Assembly (NCBI GenBank): GCA_017542065.1
Contig: JAFXXX010000021.1
Span: 6,650 to 70,649, forward strand
Length of the DNA stretch: 64,000 bases
Source: Bacilli bacterium
Lineage (GTDB): Bacteria; Bacillota_I; Bacilli_A; RF39; UBA660
Direction: 5' to 3'
In this document: positions 8,054 through 18,031 of the stretch, piece by piece
How positions within the stretch are numbered: the stretch's first letter is position 1
Layout of the letters: each line of letters begins with the position of its first letter
Notes under the pieces: model-generated
Database searches by the model: none
What the model was told of the DNA's origin: nothing
What the model saw: only the letters and a program-made list of their open reading frames with translations
Made by a program: the position numbers and the translations under genes

Positions 8054-10003
8054 CTAATCATGTTTTATTGTTTCTTTTATTATACCTTGAAGTAATGGAT
8101 AATTAGAAATATTATTTAATATTTCTTTTGAATCTTCATTAGATTTCTTTAATATATCTAAATCTCTTGGAAGTTTAGCCACTTTGAAATTCATATCTCC
8201 ATGTTGTCTCGTTCCAAATAAATCTCCAGATCCACGAAGGCGGAAGTCTTCTTCTGAAAGTTTAAACCCATCATGGATAGATTCCATTATTTTAAGTCTT
8301 TCTGTTTCTTTATTAGATACTAATAAACAATAAGATTGCATATCATTTCTTCCTACTCTTCCTCTTAATTGGTGAAGTGTAGCAAGTCCAAATCTCTCTG
8401 CATCAAATATAACTATCATTGTAGCATTCTTAACGTCTACTCCTACTTCTATTACAGTAGTAGATATAAGTATATCAATATCATGATTCTTATACTTATT
8501 CATTATATCATCTTTTTCTTTAGACTTCATCTTACCATGAAGAATATCTATATTATAGTTTTTAAATGCTAAAGAAAATTTATCTTTTAGTTTTTTAATA
8601 TCTAGTTTTTCATCTTCTGACTCTATTAAAGGAGATACTATATATATTTGATGATCTTCCTTTAATTCTTTATATATCATATTTAGATATTCATCAGTTT
8701 GATTATTCTTAAATACCTTAGTAATTATCTCTTTTCTACCTGATATCTTGCTTTCAATAATAGATATATCCATATCACCGAAAAGAGTTAAAGCATACGT
8801 CCTAGGTATTGGTGTCGCAGAAAGATATAACACATCTACATTGCTACCTTTATTTCTTAAATTCTTTCTTTGATTAACACCAAATCTATGTTGTTCATCT
8901 GTTACTACTAGGCCAAGGTTATTAAATTCTAAATCTTCATTTAAAAGTGAATGAGTTCCAACAACCATATCAATAGATCCATCTTTAACGCCTTCATATA
9001 TTTTATCCTTTTCACTTTTCTTAGTAGATGAAGTTATTAATGCTACATTTACATTAAAATCTTTAAATAACTTAGTCATAGTATTATAATGTTGAATTGC
9101 AAGTATCTCAGTTGGAGCCATTAAAGTTGATTGATAGTTATTTAATTTATATGAATACATTGTTATTAAAGAGACTATGGTTTTACCGGAGCCTACATCG
9201 CCTTCTACTAGTCTGTTCATACGTTCAGGTGAAGACATGTCTTGGAATATGTCCTCTAAAGCATTTAATTGATCTTTTGTTAAAGAATACTCTAGTGATG
9301 AAATAAAATCTTGTATTTTATTTCTATCTACATTAATAGAAGTTCCTGAGTTATCTCTTTTATCTTTTAAATAATTCATTTTTAATGAATAAAGAAATAA
9401 TTCTTCATATCTAAGTCTATCTCTTGAATCATCTAGGTCCTTCATTGATGTAGGATTATTAGCTTTATAAATAGCTTCTTTCTTAGTTATAAAGTTATAT
9501 TTGTTAGATAGTTCTTCTGGAATATAATCATATACATATGATGACTTTAAAGCATCATTAATATATGTATTTAATTTCTTAGATGTTAATCCCTTTACTA
9601 AATGATATACAGGAATAACAGTAGTACCATTTCCTATATCATAAAGAATTATATCTGAAGCTGTAATAGTATTCTTTTCATATTTACCTATAACTGTTAT
9701 TACTTTACCTATAGTTAATTTATCTTTTAAGAATACTCTATTAAATATAGTAACTGTTACTACTTTATTATCTATTTCCATTTGAAATAAAAGTCTATTC
9801 ATCTTTTTAAAATAAGATACTGTTGGCATAGATAATATTTTACCTGATACTGTTACTTTTTCTTCTTCTAAAGAAGTTTTTCTTAGTAACTTATACTTAT
9901 ATGGATAATAAGAAACTAAGTCTTCAACAGAATATATATCTAGCTTATTTAATTTATCAATTGTAGAAGGCCCAATGCCTTTTATAGTATCTAAACCAAA
10001 CAT
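8054..10003 (-). CDS. recG: ATP-dependent DNA helicase RecG
   Basis: Wedge/OB N-terminal region, Walker A GDVGSGKT, DEQHRFG box and QLRGRVGR motif VI. A TTGAAA-18-TGATATAAT promoter lies upstream. Confidence 0.92.
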   Translation of the reverse strand: MFGLDTIKGIGPSTIDKLNKLDIYSVEDLVSYYPYKYKLLRKTSLEEEKVTVSGKILSMPTVSYFKKMNRLLFQMEIDNKVVTVTIFNRVFLKDKLTIGKVITVIGKYEKNTITASDIILYDIGNGTTVIPVYHLVKGLTSKKLNTYINDALKSSYVYDYIPEELSNKYNFITKKEAIYKANNPTSMKDLDDSRDRLRYEELFLYSLKMNYLKDKRDNSGTSINVDRNKIQDFISSLEYSLTKDQLNALEDIFQDMSSPERMNRLVEGDVGSGKTIVSLITMYSYKLNNYQSTLMAPTEILAIQHYNTMTKLFKDFNVNVALITSSTKKSEKDKIYEGVKDGSIDMVVGTHSLLNEDLEFNNLGLVVTDEQHRFGVNQRKNLRNKGSNVDVLYLSATPIPRTYALTLFGDMDISIIESKISGRKEIITKVFKNNQTDEYLNMIYKELKEDHQIYIVSPLIESEDEKLDIKKLKDKFSLAFKNYNIDILHGKMKSKEKDDIMNKYKNHDIDILISTTVIEVGVDVKNATMIVIFDAERFGLATLHQLRGRVGRNDMQSYCLLVSNKETERLKIMESIHDGFKLSEEDFRLRGSGDLFGTRQHGDMNFKVAKLPRDLDILKKSNEDSKEILNNISNYPLLQGIIKETIKHD

Positions 10004-10093
10004 ATGTTATCACCTAGATAAATTATATCATTTTTTTTAATATTTTTTCAATTTATAGTTGACAAAACAACCTAAAATCATTAATATAATTGA

Positions 10094-10230
10094 TACCAAT
10101 TCCCGAATGGCGAATTGGCTGCTAGTATCACACTAGCCAACCCCTTTTTATTCTTTTTTAAGAAGGCGCAACTTCAGGGGGGCGCCTTCGAATTGTAAAA
10201 ACAAAAGAGACGATTATTCGTCTCTTTTTT
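10094..10230 (+). ncRNA. candidate small RNA (~135 nt), divergent from recG
   Basis: Plus strand carries TTGACA (10059-10064), a 17-nt spacer and TAATAT (10082-10087). Hairpins lie at 10096-10118 and 10121-10137, followed by unpaired CCAACCCCUUUUU and a hairpin at 10162-10189. The terminator is AAAAGAGACG-ATTATT-CGTCTCTTTT TT (10203-10230). No plus-strand ORF lies downstream. Confidence 0.3.
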
Positions 10231-12331
10231 ATTGTACTGTAGGTAATACTAATTCTGCATTAACTTTTATTATCTTACCTGATTCATCTTTTTCATAACT
10301 ATAGTTAGTTACATAACCATTACCAGATATATTACATTCAGCATTAATAAGCTTACAATAATTCTTTAATAGTTTAGATGAATATCCACTTAAATTAGTT
10401 TCAGATATATTACCATTTGTTTTTAATAATAGTTTACCATCAACATAGTTATTCTCTTTTGGATATTGATTAATAACAACATCTCCGTCTCCTATTACTT
10501 CATACTTAATACCATTTTGTTCAAGTATAGTTTTTACATCATTAATTTTCTTATTAGAATAGTTTTCTGTTTTTTGAACAGAGTTAGTATTTGCTCTTAC
10601 ATTAGTTAAATTATAATAAGCTTCTATATCTTGAATAAGTGATTTAACAGCATCAGCCATTTCATTACTTGATGGAGCATTTTCAAATACTATATAAATA
10701 ATATATTTTGGATTGTCTTTTGGATACATACCTGCAAAAGATCTTATATTTCTATATGTAGTATTATAGTATCCTCCTGTATTAGCATTATATACTTCTG
10801 CTGTACCAGTTTTACCTATAATATCATAACCATCCATATTAAAGTTAGTTCCTGTTCCTATAGTTACAACATCATTCATTAACGATTTAATCTTAGTAAC
10901 AGTTTCTTTAGAAGCTACTTTAGTTCCTTTTTGAGGTTTATTTTGATAGATAACTTCTCCAGTAGATGGAGATACTACTTTTTCTACTATTGTAGGTTGT
11001 AATAAATAACCATCATTAGATATAGCAGTTAATGCTTGTATCATTTGAACTGGTGTAATAGTTATACCTTGACCAAATGAAGCAGTAGCAACTTCTACTT
11101 TATATTGGAAATCTATTTTACCTGATACTTCTCCAGGTAACTCTATACCAGTTTTAGAACCAAAGCCTATTTTCTTTAAATAATCTTTTAATTCTTGACC
11201 AGTTAAATAGTTTTGAGTTAAATTAACTACTCCTAAGTTTGAACTTTGAGCATATCCATAATCATATGTAATATTACCCCAACCATAAGTATTCCAGTCT
11301 TTAATAGTATAATCATCTATTTTAATAGTACCTGATTGATAAGTATCTTGACCATTATAGTTACCTTTTTCCATAGTAGCCATATATGTAAATGTTTTCA
11401 TAGTAGATCCTGGTTCATATGAATAAGATACTAATGGATCTAGATAGTTTTCAATATTTTTAATATTTGGATCAAATGAAGGTTTAGTAGCAGATGCTAT
11501 TATCTTACCTGTTTTAGCTTCAGCTACTACAAATATTGCTTTAGTTGCATATGATCTACCAAAAGCTTCATTTAATGCTCTTTCTGTCATTAATTGAACA
11601 TTAGAGTCTATTGTTAAATAAATATCATATCCATCTTCTTTTTCTATTCTTATTTCAGGTGAATTAATAAGTTTATATCCTAGAGCATCTTGCTGATATG
11701 TAACAGAACCATCTACTCCAGTTAGTTCACTATCATATTTAGCTTCTATACCCATTTCACCTTTTACTTCACCATCATCATATTCTCTTACATAACCAAT
11801 AACATATGAAGCAAAGTCTAGATTAGGATAATATCTTTTCTTAGTAGATATAAATCCTATACCAGGTAATTCTAACTTCTCTATTTCTTCTTTTTGTAGT
11901 TCAGATAATCCTTTACCACCAGGTCCAAGTTCTACTTGGTATAATCCTTTTTGACTCATAAGTTCTATAAGTCTTTCTTCAGTCATATTTATTTTAGGAG
12001 CTAATGCTTTAGCAGTAGCTTCTACATCTACTACGTGTCTTGGTTTAGTAGAATTCTTACTTCTTGATTTATCTAAGAAAGCTACTAAAGTATATGAATC
12101 TACTGTTTCTGCTAATACTTCATTATTAGAATCATATATAGTTCCTCTATTAGCTTTTAATGTTTTATTAACTGTATTTCTATTTTTTGCAAAATCACTT
12201 AAGTTAATACCATCTATATTAGGAGACAAATTTAAAAATATAAGTCTTGCAATTATTACAGCAAATAAAAAAAGTCCAAATAAAATAACAAATTTATTTA
12301 CGTTTATTTTATTCGGTACTTTTTCTCTCAT
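10229..12331 (-). CDS. penicillin-binding protein 2B/FtsI-type transpeptidase with two C-terminal PASTA domains
   Basis: N-terminal TM segment, SxxK (GSTMK), SxN (SSN) and KTG (GKTGTA) motifs, plus two PASTA-like repeats at the C-terminus. It occupies the dcw position after ftsL. Confidence 0.9.
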   Translation of the reverse strand: MREKVPNKINVNKFVILFGLFLFAVIIARLIFLNLSPNIDGINLSDFAKNRNTVNKTLKANRGTIYDSNNEVLAETVDSYTLVAFLDKSRSKNSTKPRHVVDVEATAKALAPKINMTEERLIELMSQKGLYQVELGPGGKGLSELQKEEIEKLELPGIGFISTKKRYYPNLDFASYVIGYVREYDDGEVKGEMGIEAKYDSELTGVDGSVTYQQDALGYKLINSPEIRIEKEDGYDIYLTIDSNVQLMTERALNEAFGRSYATKAIFVVAEAKTGKIIASATKPSFDPNIKNIENYLDPLVSYSYEPGSTMKTFTYMATMEKGNYNGQDTYQSGTIKIDDYTIKDWNTYGWGNITYDYGYAQSSNLGVVNLTQNYLTGQELKDYLKKIGFGSKTGIELPGEVSGKIDFQYKVEVATASFGQGITITPVQMIQALTAISNDGYLLQPTIVEKVVSPSTGEVIYQNKPQKGTKVASKETVTKIKSLMNDVVTIGTGTNFNMDGYDIIGKTGTAEVYNANTGGYYNTTYRNIRSFAGMYPKDNPKYIIYIVFENAPSSNEMADAVKSLIQDIEAYYNLTNVRANTNSVQKTENYSNKKINDVKTILEQNGIKYEVIGDGDVVINQYPKENNYVDGKLLLKTNGNISETNLSGYSSKLLKNYCKLINAECNISGNGYVTNYSYEKDESGKIIKVNAELVLPTVQ

Positions 12332-12342
12332 TTGTAATTCTC

Positions 12343-12636
12343 CTATCTACTATTAACTATTCTAATATTACTATTATTATAAGCTAATCCTGTATTGTTT
12401 GCAACCTCGTTTACATTTTCTAAGGATGCAAGTTCATTTATTTTCATAGATAATCCTTGGTTTGATTCTTGTTGAGTTCTTACTTTTGTTTTTAACTCTT
12501 CAACATCTACGTTTAATGAAGATAAGCTATTGTTAGTAAAGAAACAAATAGCAAATAAACATAATAAGAATATTCCACCAAAGGTAATGAAATTTTTTTC
12601 AAAAGTTTTTTTCTTGCCTCTAAGTTTCTTTCCCAT
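12343..12636 (-). CDS. ftsL: cell division protein FtsL
   Basis: 97 aa with a basic N-terminus, a single TM segment and a coiled coil. It lies between rsmH and the PBP gene. Confidence 0.6.
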   Translation of the reverse strand: MGKKLRGKKKTFEKNFITFGGIFLLCLFAICFFTNNSLSSLNVDVEELKTKVRTQQESNQGLSMKINELASLENVNEVANNTGLAYNNSNIRIVNSR

Positions 12637-12648
12637 AATCTTTCTCCT

Positions 12649-13563
12649 TTATATTCTTTCAATAACTCTAAGAATTGCACTCCTAGATCTATTGTTATTT
12701 TCTAATTCTTCTTTTGTAGGTTTAAATTTACCTATTAATTTATATTTTGCTTTATATTCATCAGGTATATTTGGCATACCTTTATAAAGTTCATTTTCTT
12801 TTGTTACTTCTTTAAAAGTATTTTTAACTATTCTATCTTCTAGTGAATGGAATGTTATAACACATAGTCTTCCACCAGGATTTAATAGTTCAAGTGAATC
12901 ATTTAATGCTTTTTGTAAAACATTTAATTCATCATTAACTTCTATTCTAATTGCTTGGAATACTTTCCTAGCAGGATGATGAAGTCTTCTATATTTTTCA
13001 GGGACTGAAGATTTAATAATCTCAGTTAATTCAAGGGTTGTTTCTATTGGTTTAGTTTCTCTATATTTACATATTGCTTCTGCAATTGATTTAGAGAACT
13101 TTTCTTCACCATATTCATAGAATATCTTTATTAATTTATCTTTTGAATAATTATTGACTACTTCATAAGCAGATAATTCTTGTTTTTGATTCATTCTCAT
13201 ATCAAGCTTAGCATCGTTATGAAAACTAAATCCTCTTTCTGCTTCATCTAATTGAGGTGAAGATACCCCTAAGTCAAATAATATTCCATCGACTCCCTTA
13301 ACATTTCTTTTATTAAGTTCATCTTTTATATTTACGAAATTAGTATTAATAATTTCATAATTATCATTAATTTGATCAAGAATCTTTGTACTATATTCGA
13401 TAGCTTCCCCATCTTGATCAAAGGCGAATAAGCAACCCCTTGCTATTCGATTTAATATTTGTGAACTATGACCAGCGTATCCTAAAGTAGCATCAACATA
13501 TATTCCGTCTTCTTTAATATTTAAATTCTCTATTGATTCATTAAGTAAAACACTAATATGCAC
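12649..13563 (-). CDS. rsmH: 16S rRNA (cytosine1402-N4)-methyltransferase
   Basis: Motifs DATLGYAGHS and DLGVSSPQLD, and the position after mraZ. Confidence 0.92.
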   Translation of the reverse strand: MHISVLLNESIENLNIKEDGIYVDATLGYAGHSSQILNRIARGCLFAFDQDGEAIEYSTKILDQINDNYEIINTNFVNIKDELNKRNVKGVDGILFDLGVSSPQLDEAERGFSFHNDAKLDMRMNQKQELSAYEVVNNYSKDKLIKIFYEYGEEKFSKSIAEAICKYRETKPIETTLELTEIIKSSVPEKYRRLHHPARKVFQAIRIEVNDELNVLQKALNDSLELLNPGGRLCVITFHSLEDRIVKNTFKEVTKENELYKGMPNIPDEYKAKYKLIGKFKPTKEELENNNRSRSAILRVIERI

Positions 13564-13981
13564 TGAATAAATTCTCCGCTACATCACTAAAGTTTTCAAT
13601 ATTATCATTAAAGAAGTTATTAAACATATCTTGATCCCAAATTTCAAGTCTATCACCGACACCTATAACAACGCATTCTTTATTTAAAGAAGCATAATTC
13701 ATTAAAGGTCCAGTAATTTGAACTCTTCCATTATTATCAAGTTCACACTCAGTGGCCCCTGATAAGAACATCCTCATGAATGTACGAGCATCTTTGTTTG
13801 TAAATGGAAGTGTGTTAAGTTTTTCAATTATCTTATTCCACTCATCTACAGGATAAACAAACAAACATTTTTCAATACCTCTAGTGACAATGAACTTAGA
13901 ACCAAGTTCATATCTAAACTTAGAAGGAATGATAAGTCTGTTTTTATCATCTAAATTGTGATGAAACTCTCCCATTAACAT
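13553..13981 (-). CDS. mraZ: transcriptional regulator MraZ
   Basis: Two SpoVT/AbrB-like repeats with DDKNRLIIP and DNNGRVQIT. I place the start at ATG 13981 (MLMGEF...) because the GGGGGA SD lies 6 nt upstream. The upstream start in the ORF track is unlikely. Confidence 0.9.
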   Translation of the reverse strand: MLMGEFHHNLDDKNRLIIPSKFRYELGSKFIVTRGIEKCLFVYPVDEWNKIIEKLNTLPFTNKDARTFMRMFLSGATECELDNNGRVQITGPLMNYASLNKECVVIGVGDRLEIWDQDMFNNFFNDNIENFSDVAENLFSAY

Positions 13982-13989
13982 ATTTATCC

Positions 13990-14014
13990 CCCACATTCAA
14001 CCACTTTCTCCCAC
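13990..14014 (-). promoter_or_regulatory. MraZ operator: three direct GTGG(G/T) boxes at 10-nt phasing
   Basis: Minus strand reads GTGGGagaaaGTGGTtgaatGTGGG, between the -10 element and the mraZ start codon. Confidence 0.55.
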
Positions 14015-14025
14015 TGGTTAATTCA

Positions 14026-14054
14026 ATTATATAATTATATAGATATTTTGTAAA
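14026..14054 (-). promoter_or_regulatory. mraZ operon promoter
   Basis: TTTACA (14054-14049), a 17-nt spacer and TATAAT (14031-14026). It follows the ftsZ terminator hairpin at ~14066-14090. Confidence 0.5.
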
Positions 14055-14097
14055 TATTAAAAGACAAAAAAAAAGAAGTTTACACTTCTTTTTTACA

Positions 14098-15162
14098 TTA
14101 TAAATTTTTTCTGTTTCTAATGAAGTCTGGTATATCCCAACCATCATCTTCATCATCTGAATCATTTGATACTGGATTATTCATTTCAATTACTTGTTCA
14201 TGAAGAGTATCCATGTAAGCATCTCCTACTTTATCAAATCCTGTAGCTACTACTGTAACAATTACATCGTCTTCTAGACTTTCATTAATAACAGCACCAA
14301 AGATAATATTGATATCTGTTCCAGAAGCTTGTCTAATAACTTCAACAGCATTTTGAACTTCAAATAATCCTAAGCTATTTCCACCTGTAATATTAACAAT
14401 AGCATCTGTAGCACCTCTAATATCAGTTTCAAGAAGTGGTGAACTAACAGATTGTTTAGCAGCCTCAATAGCTCTATTTTCACCAGAAGCAACACCTATA
14501 CCAATTAAAGCATCGCCTTTATTTTCCATAACTGTTTTAACGTCTGCAAAGTCTAGGTTAACTAGTCCATTAACAGCAATTAAATCTGAGATTGATTGAA
14601 CACCTAATCTAAGTACATTATCAACTTCTTTAAATGCAGCAAGCATTGGAGTATTCTTATCAATTATTTCTCTTAATCTATCATTAGGAACAATAATTAA
14701 TGTATCAACATGTTCTTTTAATTTTTCTAATCCTTCTTCAGCATTAGCAGATCTTCTATTACCTTCCCAACTAAATGGTTTAGTAACAATACCTACAGTT
14801 AAAGCACCTAAACTTTGTGATATTTCAGCGATAACTGGAGCAGCTCCTGTACCAGTTCCTCCTCCCATACCACATGTAACGAATACCATGTCAGCACCTT
14901 TTAAAACTTCTTTGATTTCATCTTTACTTTCTTCAGCAGCTTGTCTACCTACTTCAGGAATAGCTCCAGCTCCAAGTCCAGTTTTACCTAATTGAAGTTT
15001 TATTTCAGCTTTTGAATTTCTAAGCGCTTGTGAATCAGTATTTGCAACAATGAATTCAACACCTTTAATACCAGATTCAATCATTCTATTAATAGCGTTA
15101 TTTCCACCGCCACCAACACCAATAACTTTTATTTTAGCTAATTGATCAATTTCTAATGCCAT
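14098..15162 (-). CDS. ftsZ: cell division GTPase FtsZ
   Basis: GVGGGGNNA and the tubulin signature [11 protein letters not shown], with a conserved C-terminal peptide DIPDFIRNR. Confidence 0.97.
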   Translation of the reverse strand: MALEIDQLAKIKVIGVGGGGNNAINRMIESGIKGVEFIVANTDSQALRNSKAEIKLQLGKTGLGAGAIPEVGRQAAEESKDEIKEVLKGADMVFVTCGMGGGTGTGAAPVIAEISQSLGALTVGIVTKPFSWEGNRRSANAEEGLEKLKEHVDTLIIVPNDRLREIIDKNTPMLAAFKEVDNVLRLGVQSISDLIAVNGLVNLDFADVKTVMENKGDALIGIGVASGENRAIEAAKQSVSSPLLETDIRGATDAIVNITGGNSLGLFEVQNAVEVIRQASGTDINIIFGAVINESLEDDVIVTVVATGFDKVGDAYMDTLHEQVIEMNNPVSNDSDDEDDGWDIPDFIRNRKNL

Positions 15163-15164
15163 GA

Positions 15165-16406
15165 TTAGTCCTCCTTCTCAAATAAACGACTAAAGAACTT
15201 ACTAAATACTTTAGTATCTTCGTTCTTAGCCCAGTTACTAACTATTTTAGTAGCTTCTTCATCACTAAACATAGAGTATTCTCTACCTCTAAGTTCTAGT
15301 TTATTTATGAAATATTTAATTGTTCCATAACTTGAAGAATACATATTATCTCTAATACCAATTACATTTAATCTGTGAGATACAACTTCATTATATACCT
15401 CAGAGCAAATAGTATCAAAACCAGGAATATTGCTTATTCCACCTGTTATAATTATATAATGAATTTCTTTTTTTGTTAAGTTATTTAGTTCTTTTTTTGC
15501 TTTTTTTATTATTTCTAATAAGTTATTATAAACAATTTCACTAACTTCTTTTTGATTTATACTGATTTTTATACCAGATTTATCTTTCATATCATAATAA
15601 TCATCTTTAGAAGTTTCTTTTTTATCTAAATTAACAAATATTTCTTTTATTTTTCTAGCTTTATCAAGTGGAATATTATAAACATATGAAATATCTTCAT
15701 CTATGTTAAATGATCCAATTGGTAAAACTTTAGATGTAGTTATAATTCCTTTATTAAATATAGCAATATCAGTTTTATTTAAACCAATATTAATAACTGC
15801 AGTAGTACTTTTATCATAGTTATCATCTTTAAATGTATAATAGTCTCCTATATTACCAAATAGTATATCTACTACTTCTATACCTGCTTTATCAAATAAA
15901 GATAAGTTTCTATATAGATTAGCTTTAGGAGCAGTTACCATCATAACTAAAGTACTAAGTTTATTAGCCTTTAATCCCCTTGGATTTTTAACTTCAGTTC
16001 TATCATCTAATAAGTATTTAATAGGCATAACAGTAACTAATTCTTCATCTTCAGGTATCTTATTATAAATAGATGCTTGAAGTGAATTTAATATATCATC
16101 AGAAGAAATAATAGATTCTTCTGAAGTAATAGTAGTATATCCATCTACTATTTTATAATTAGCTTCATCCATAGGAACATTTATTAATGCCTTTTTAATC
16201 TCTAAATTAAGAGTATTATTAATCTTCTTTAGTGCTTCTTTAAGTGTTGCTAAAGCTTCATTTTCATCAACTATAACACCCTTTTCAATACCTAAAGAAG
16301 GATATATATTAGATGCTAATACATTTAATTTATCATTAGTTTTTTCTACTACTACTATCTTAAAAGTATCTGAACCAATGTCAATTGCAGTATATATTTT
16401 TCTCAT
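15165..16406 (-). CDS. ftsA: cell division protein FtsA
   Basis: Actin-fold motifs [10 protein letters not shown] and [10 protein letters not shown]. It lies immediately upstream of ftsZ. Confidence 0.9.
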   Translation of the reverse strand: MRKIYTAIDIGSDTFKIVVVEKTNDKLNVLASNIYPSLGIEKGVIVDENEALATLKEALKKINNTLNLEIKKALINVPMDEANYKIVDGYTTITSEESIISSDDILNSLQASIYNKIPEDEELVTVMPIKYLLDDRTEVKNPRGLKANKLSTLVMMVTAPKANLYRNLSLFDKAGIEVVDILFGNIGDYYTFKDDNYDKSTTAVINIGLNKTDIAIFNKGIITTSKVLPIGSFNIDEDISYVYNIPLDKARKIKEIFVNLDKKETSKDDYYDMKDKSGIKISINQKEVSEIVYNNLLEIIKKAKKELNNLTKKEIHYIIITGGISNIPGFDTICSEVYNEVVSHRLNVIGIRDNMYSSSYGTIKYFINKLELRGREYSMFSDEEATKIVSNWAKNEDTKVFSKFFSRLFEKED

Positions 16407-16467
16407 AAAGAATACCTCTCTATTATTAGTAATATTATACCATTTTTTTTAATAAAAAAAAAGAGTT

Positions 16468-17130
16468 TTATTCCATAGGAACAAAATAATTCCCATAGTC
16501 TAAATATAAAACTCCCTTTTTATTTTCAATAGTTTTTGTAATAGATGGATAAGAATTAATCTTAGTTATCTTACTAAGAGTAACATATACCATATTTCCA
16601 TCGTTCATAAAGAATAGAAATCTTTCATTATCAACGTCATTAGGATCATATTTAATATCTGATATTATACTTAATATTTCATCATCAACTTTATTCATTT
16701 TCTTAATAAATCTATTATATATTTCTTTATCACTAACTTTATTAATAAGAACTGGTGCATCTTCATTAGGAGAATCTATCTTCTTACCTAGTTCATTAAT
16801 AGCATAATTATTATATTTAAATAATACTTTGTATTCTTCTACTATAAGTCTTATTTCAAATGTTTTAGTATGATCTACTTTAACAGACTTAATCATACTA
16901 TTATGCTTACATTTCTTATTAGTTAAATAAGACCAAGTTAAAAAGAATGATGTTTCTTCGTCTAAGTCACATGTTTCAAGAACAGTATCTTCATCTACAT
17001 AACTATTACCTAAAACATAGTATCCTCTTACTTTTATTAAAGATAAAAGGAATATAGTAATACCTACTATAATTATAAAAAGAAGAAACACAAATACTTT
17101 TTTTAATTTCCTTTTTTTCTTTTTTTTCAT
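16468..17130 (-). CDS. divIB: cell division protein DivIB/FtsQ
   Basis: Basic N-terminus, a single TM segment and a POTRA-like region. It sits between murB and ftsA. Confidence 0.65.
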   Translation of the reverse strand: MKKKKKRKLKKVFVFLLFIIIVGITIFLLSLIKVRGYYVLGNSYVDEDTVLETCDLDEETSFFLTWSYLTNKKCKHNSMIKSVKVDHTKTFEIRLIVEEYKVLFKYNNYAINELGKKIDSPNEDAPVLINKVSDKEIYNRFIKKMNKVDDEILSIISDIKYDPNDVDNERFLFFMNDGNMVYVTLSKITKINSYPSITKTIENKKGVLYLDYGNYFVPME

Positions 17131-17132
17131 AA

Positions 17133-18029
17133 TTACTCCCAGTTAACAAATTCTTGTTCACAGATTAAATCTATACCATACTCTTCTTTAACTCTTTGTT
17201 TAACATATAATATTAATTCTCTTATATCTTCTGCTGTAGCATTATTTTCATTTATTATAAAGTTTGCATGTTTAGTAGAAACAGTAGCTCCTCCAATAGA
17301 ATAACCCTTTAATCCAAGATCTTCGATTAATTTACCAGAATATAATCCTTCAGGGTTTCTAAATACTGAACCTGCTGATGGATACTCTAATGGTTGTTCA
17401 TTTAATCTTCTATTTCTTCTATTATCTATTAAAGCTAGTATTTCATCTTTATTACCGTGTTCTAATATAAGTTTAACTTTTAAAACAATATATTCTTTTT
17501 CAGAACATATACTACGTCTATAAGCAAATCCCATATCTTCATTCTTTAAAGTAACTACATTATTATCTTTATCTAATACTGTTACTTCATCTACAATACG
17601 TGACATATCACTTAAATAAGCTCCAGCATTCATATATGTAAGTCCTCCTATTGCTCCTGGTATACCGGATGCAAACTCAAGTCCAGAAAGACCCATATTA
17701 GCTGTTTCTATAGCTAGTTTAATAGCAGAATATCCAGCTTCTACTGTAACTATATTATCTTCATAAATAACTTTATTTAACTCATTTAATTTAATTATCA
17801 CACCATCATATTCTTTAGATGAAAATATTAAATTAGAACCATTACCAATTACTTTAAACTTAATATTATTTTCTCTAAGTAATTTAACTAACTCTACTAA
17901 CTTTTCTATAGATGAAGGATAAATAATATATTTAGCTACTCCACCTACTTTATAAGTAGTATATTTACTTAAAAGTTCATTATCTAAAATTTTATAACTA
18001 TCATCTAATTTAGCTATTACGTTATTCAT
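17133..18029 (-). CDS. murB: UDP-N-acetylenolpyruvoylglucosamine reductase
   Basis: FAD-binding region YKVGGVAKY and AGSVFRNP. 298 aa. Confidence 0.9.
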   Translation of the reverse strand: MNNVIAKLDDSYKILDNELLSKYTTYKVGGVAKYIIYPSSIEKLVELVKLLRENNIKFKVIGNGSNLIFSSKEYDGVIIKLNELNKVIYEDNIVTVEAGYSAIKLAIETANMGLSGLEFASGIPGAIGGLTYMNAGAYLSDMSRIVDEVTVLDKDNNVVTLKNEDMGFAYRRSICSEKEYIVLKVKLILEHGNKDEILALIDNRRNRRLNEQPLEYPSAGSVFRNPEGLYSGKLIEDLGLKGYSIGGATVSTKHANFIINENNATAEDIRELILYVKQRVKEEYGIDLICEQEFVNWE

Positions 18030-18031
18030 AA

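Noticed and set aside
10094-10230. Reading the recG-PBP spacer RNA as a riboswitch (fluoride, preQ1 or guanidine-II types were considered), or as encoding a 9-aa peptide (ATGGCGAATTGGCTGCTAGTATCACACTAG).
   Set aside because: No plus-strand gene lies downstream to regulate. The loops and conserved cores do not match the consensus sequences I recall for those classes. The mini-ORF has no SD.
13947-14165. A 72-aa minus-strand ORF spans the ftsZ 3' end, its terminator and the mraZ promoter.
   Set aside because: It overlaps the ftsZ C-terminus out of frame and runs through the terminator, promoter and MraZ boxes. It has no RBS and its translation is low-complexity.
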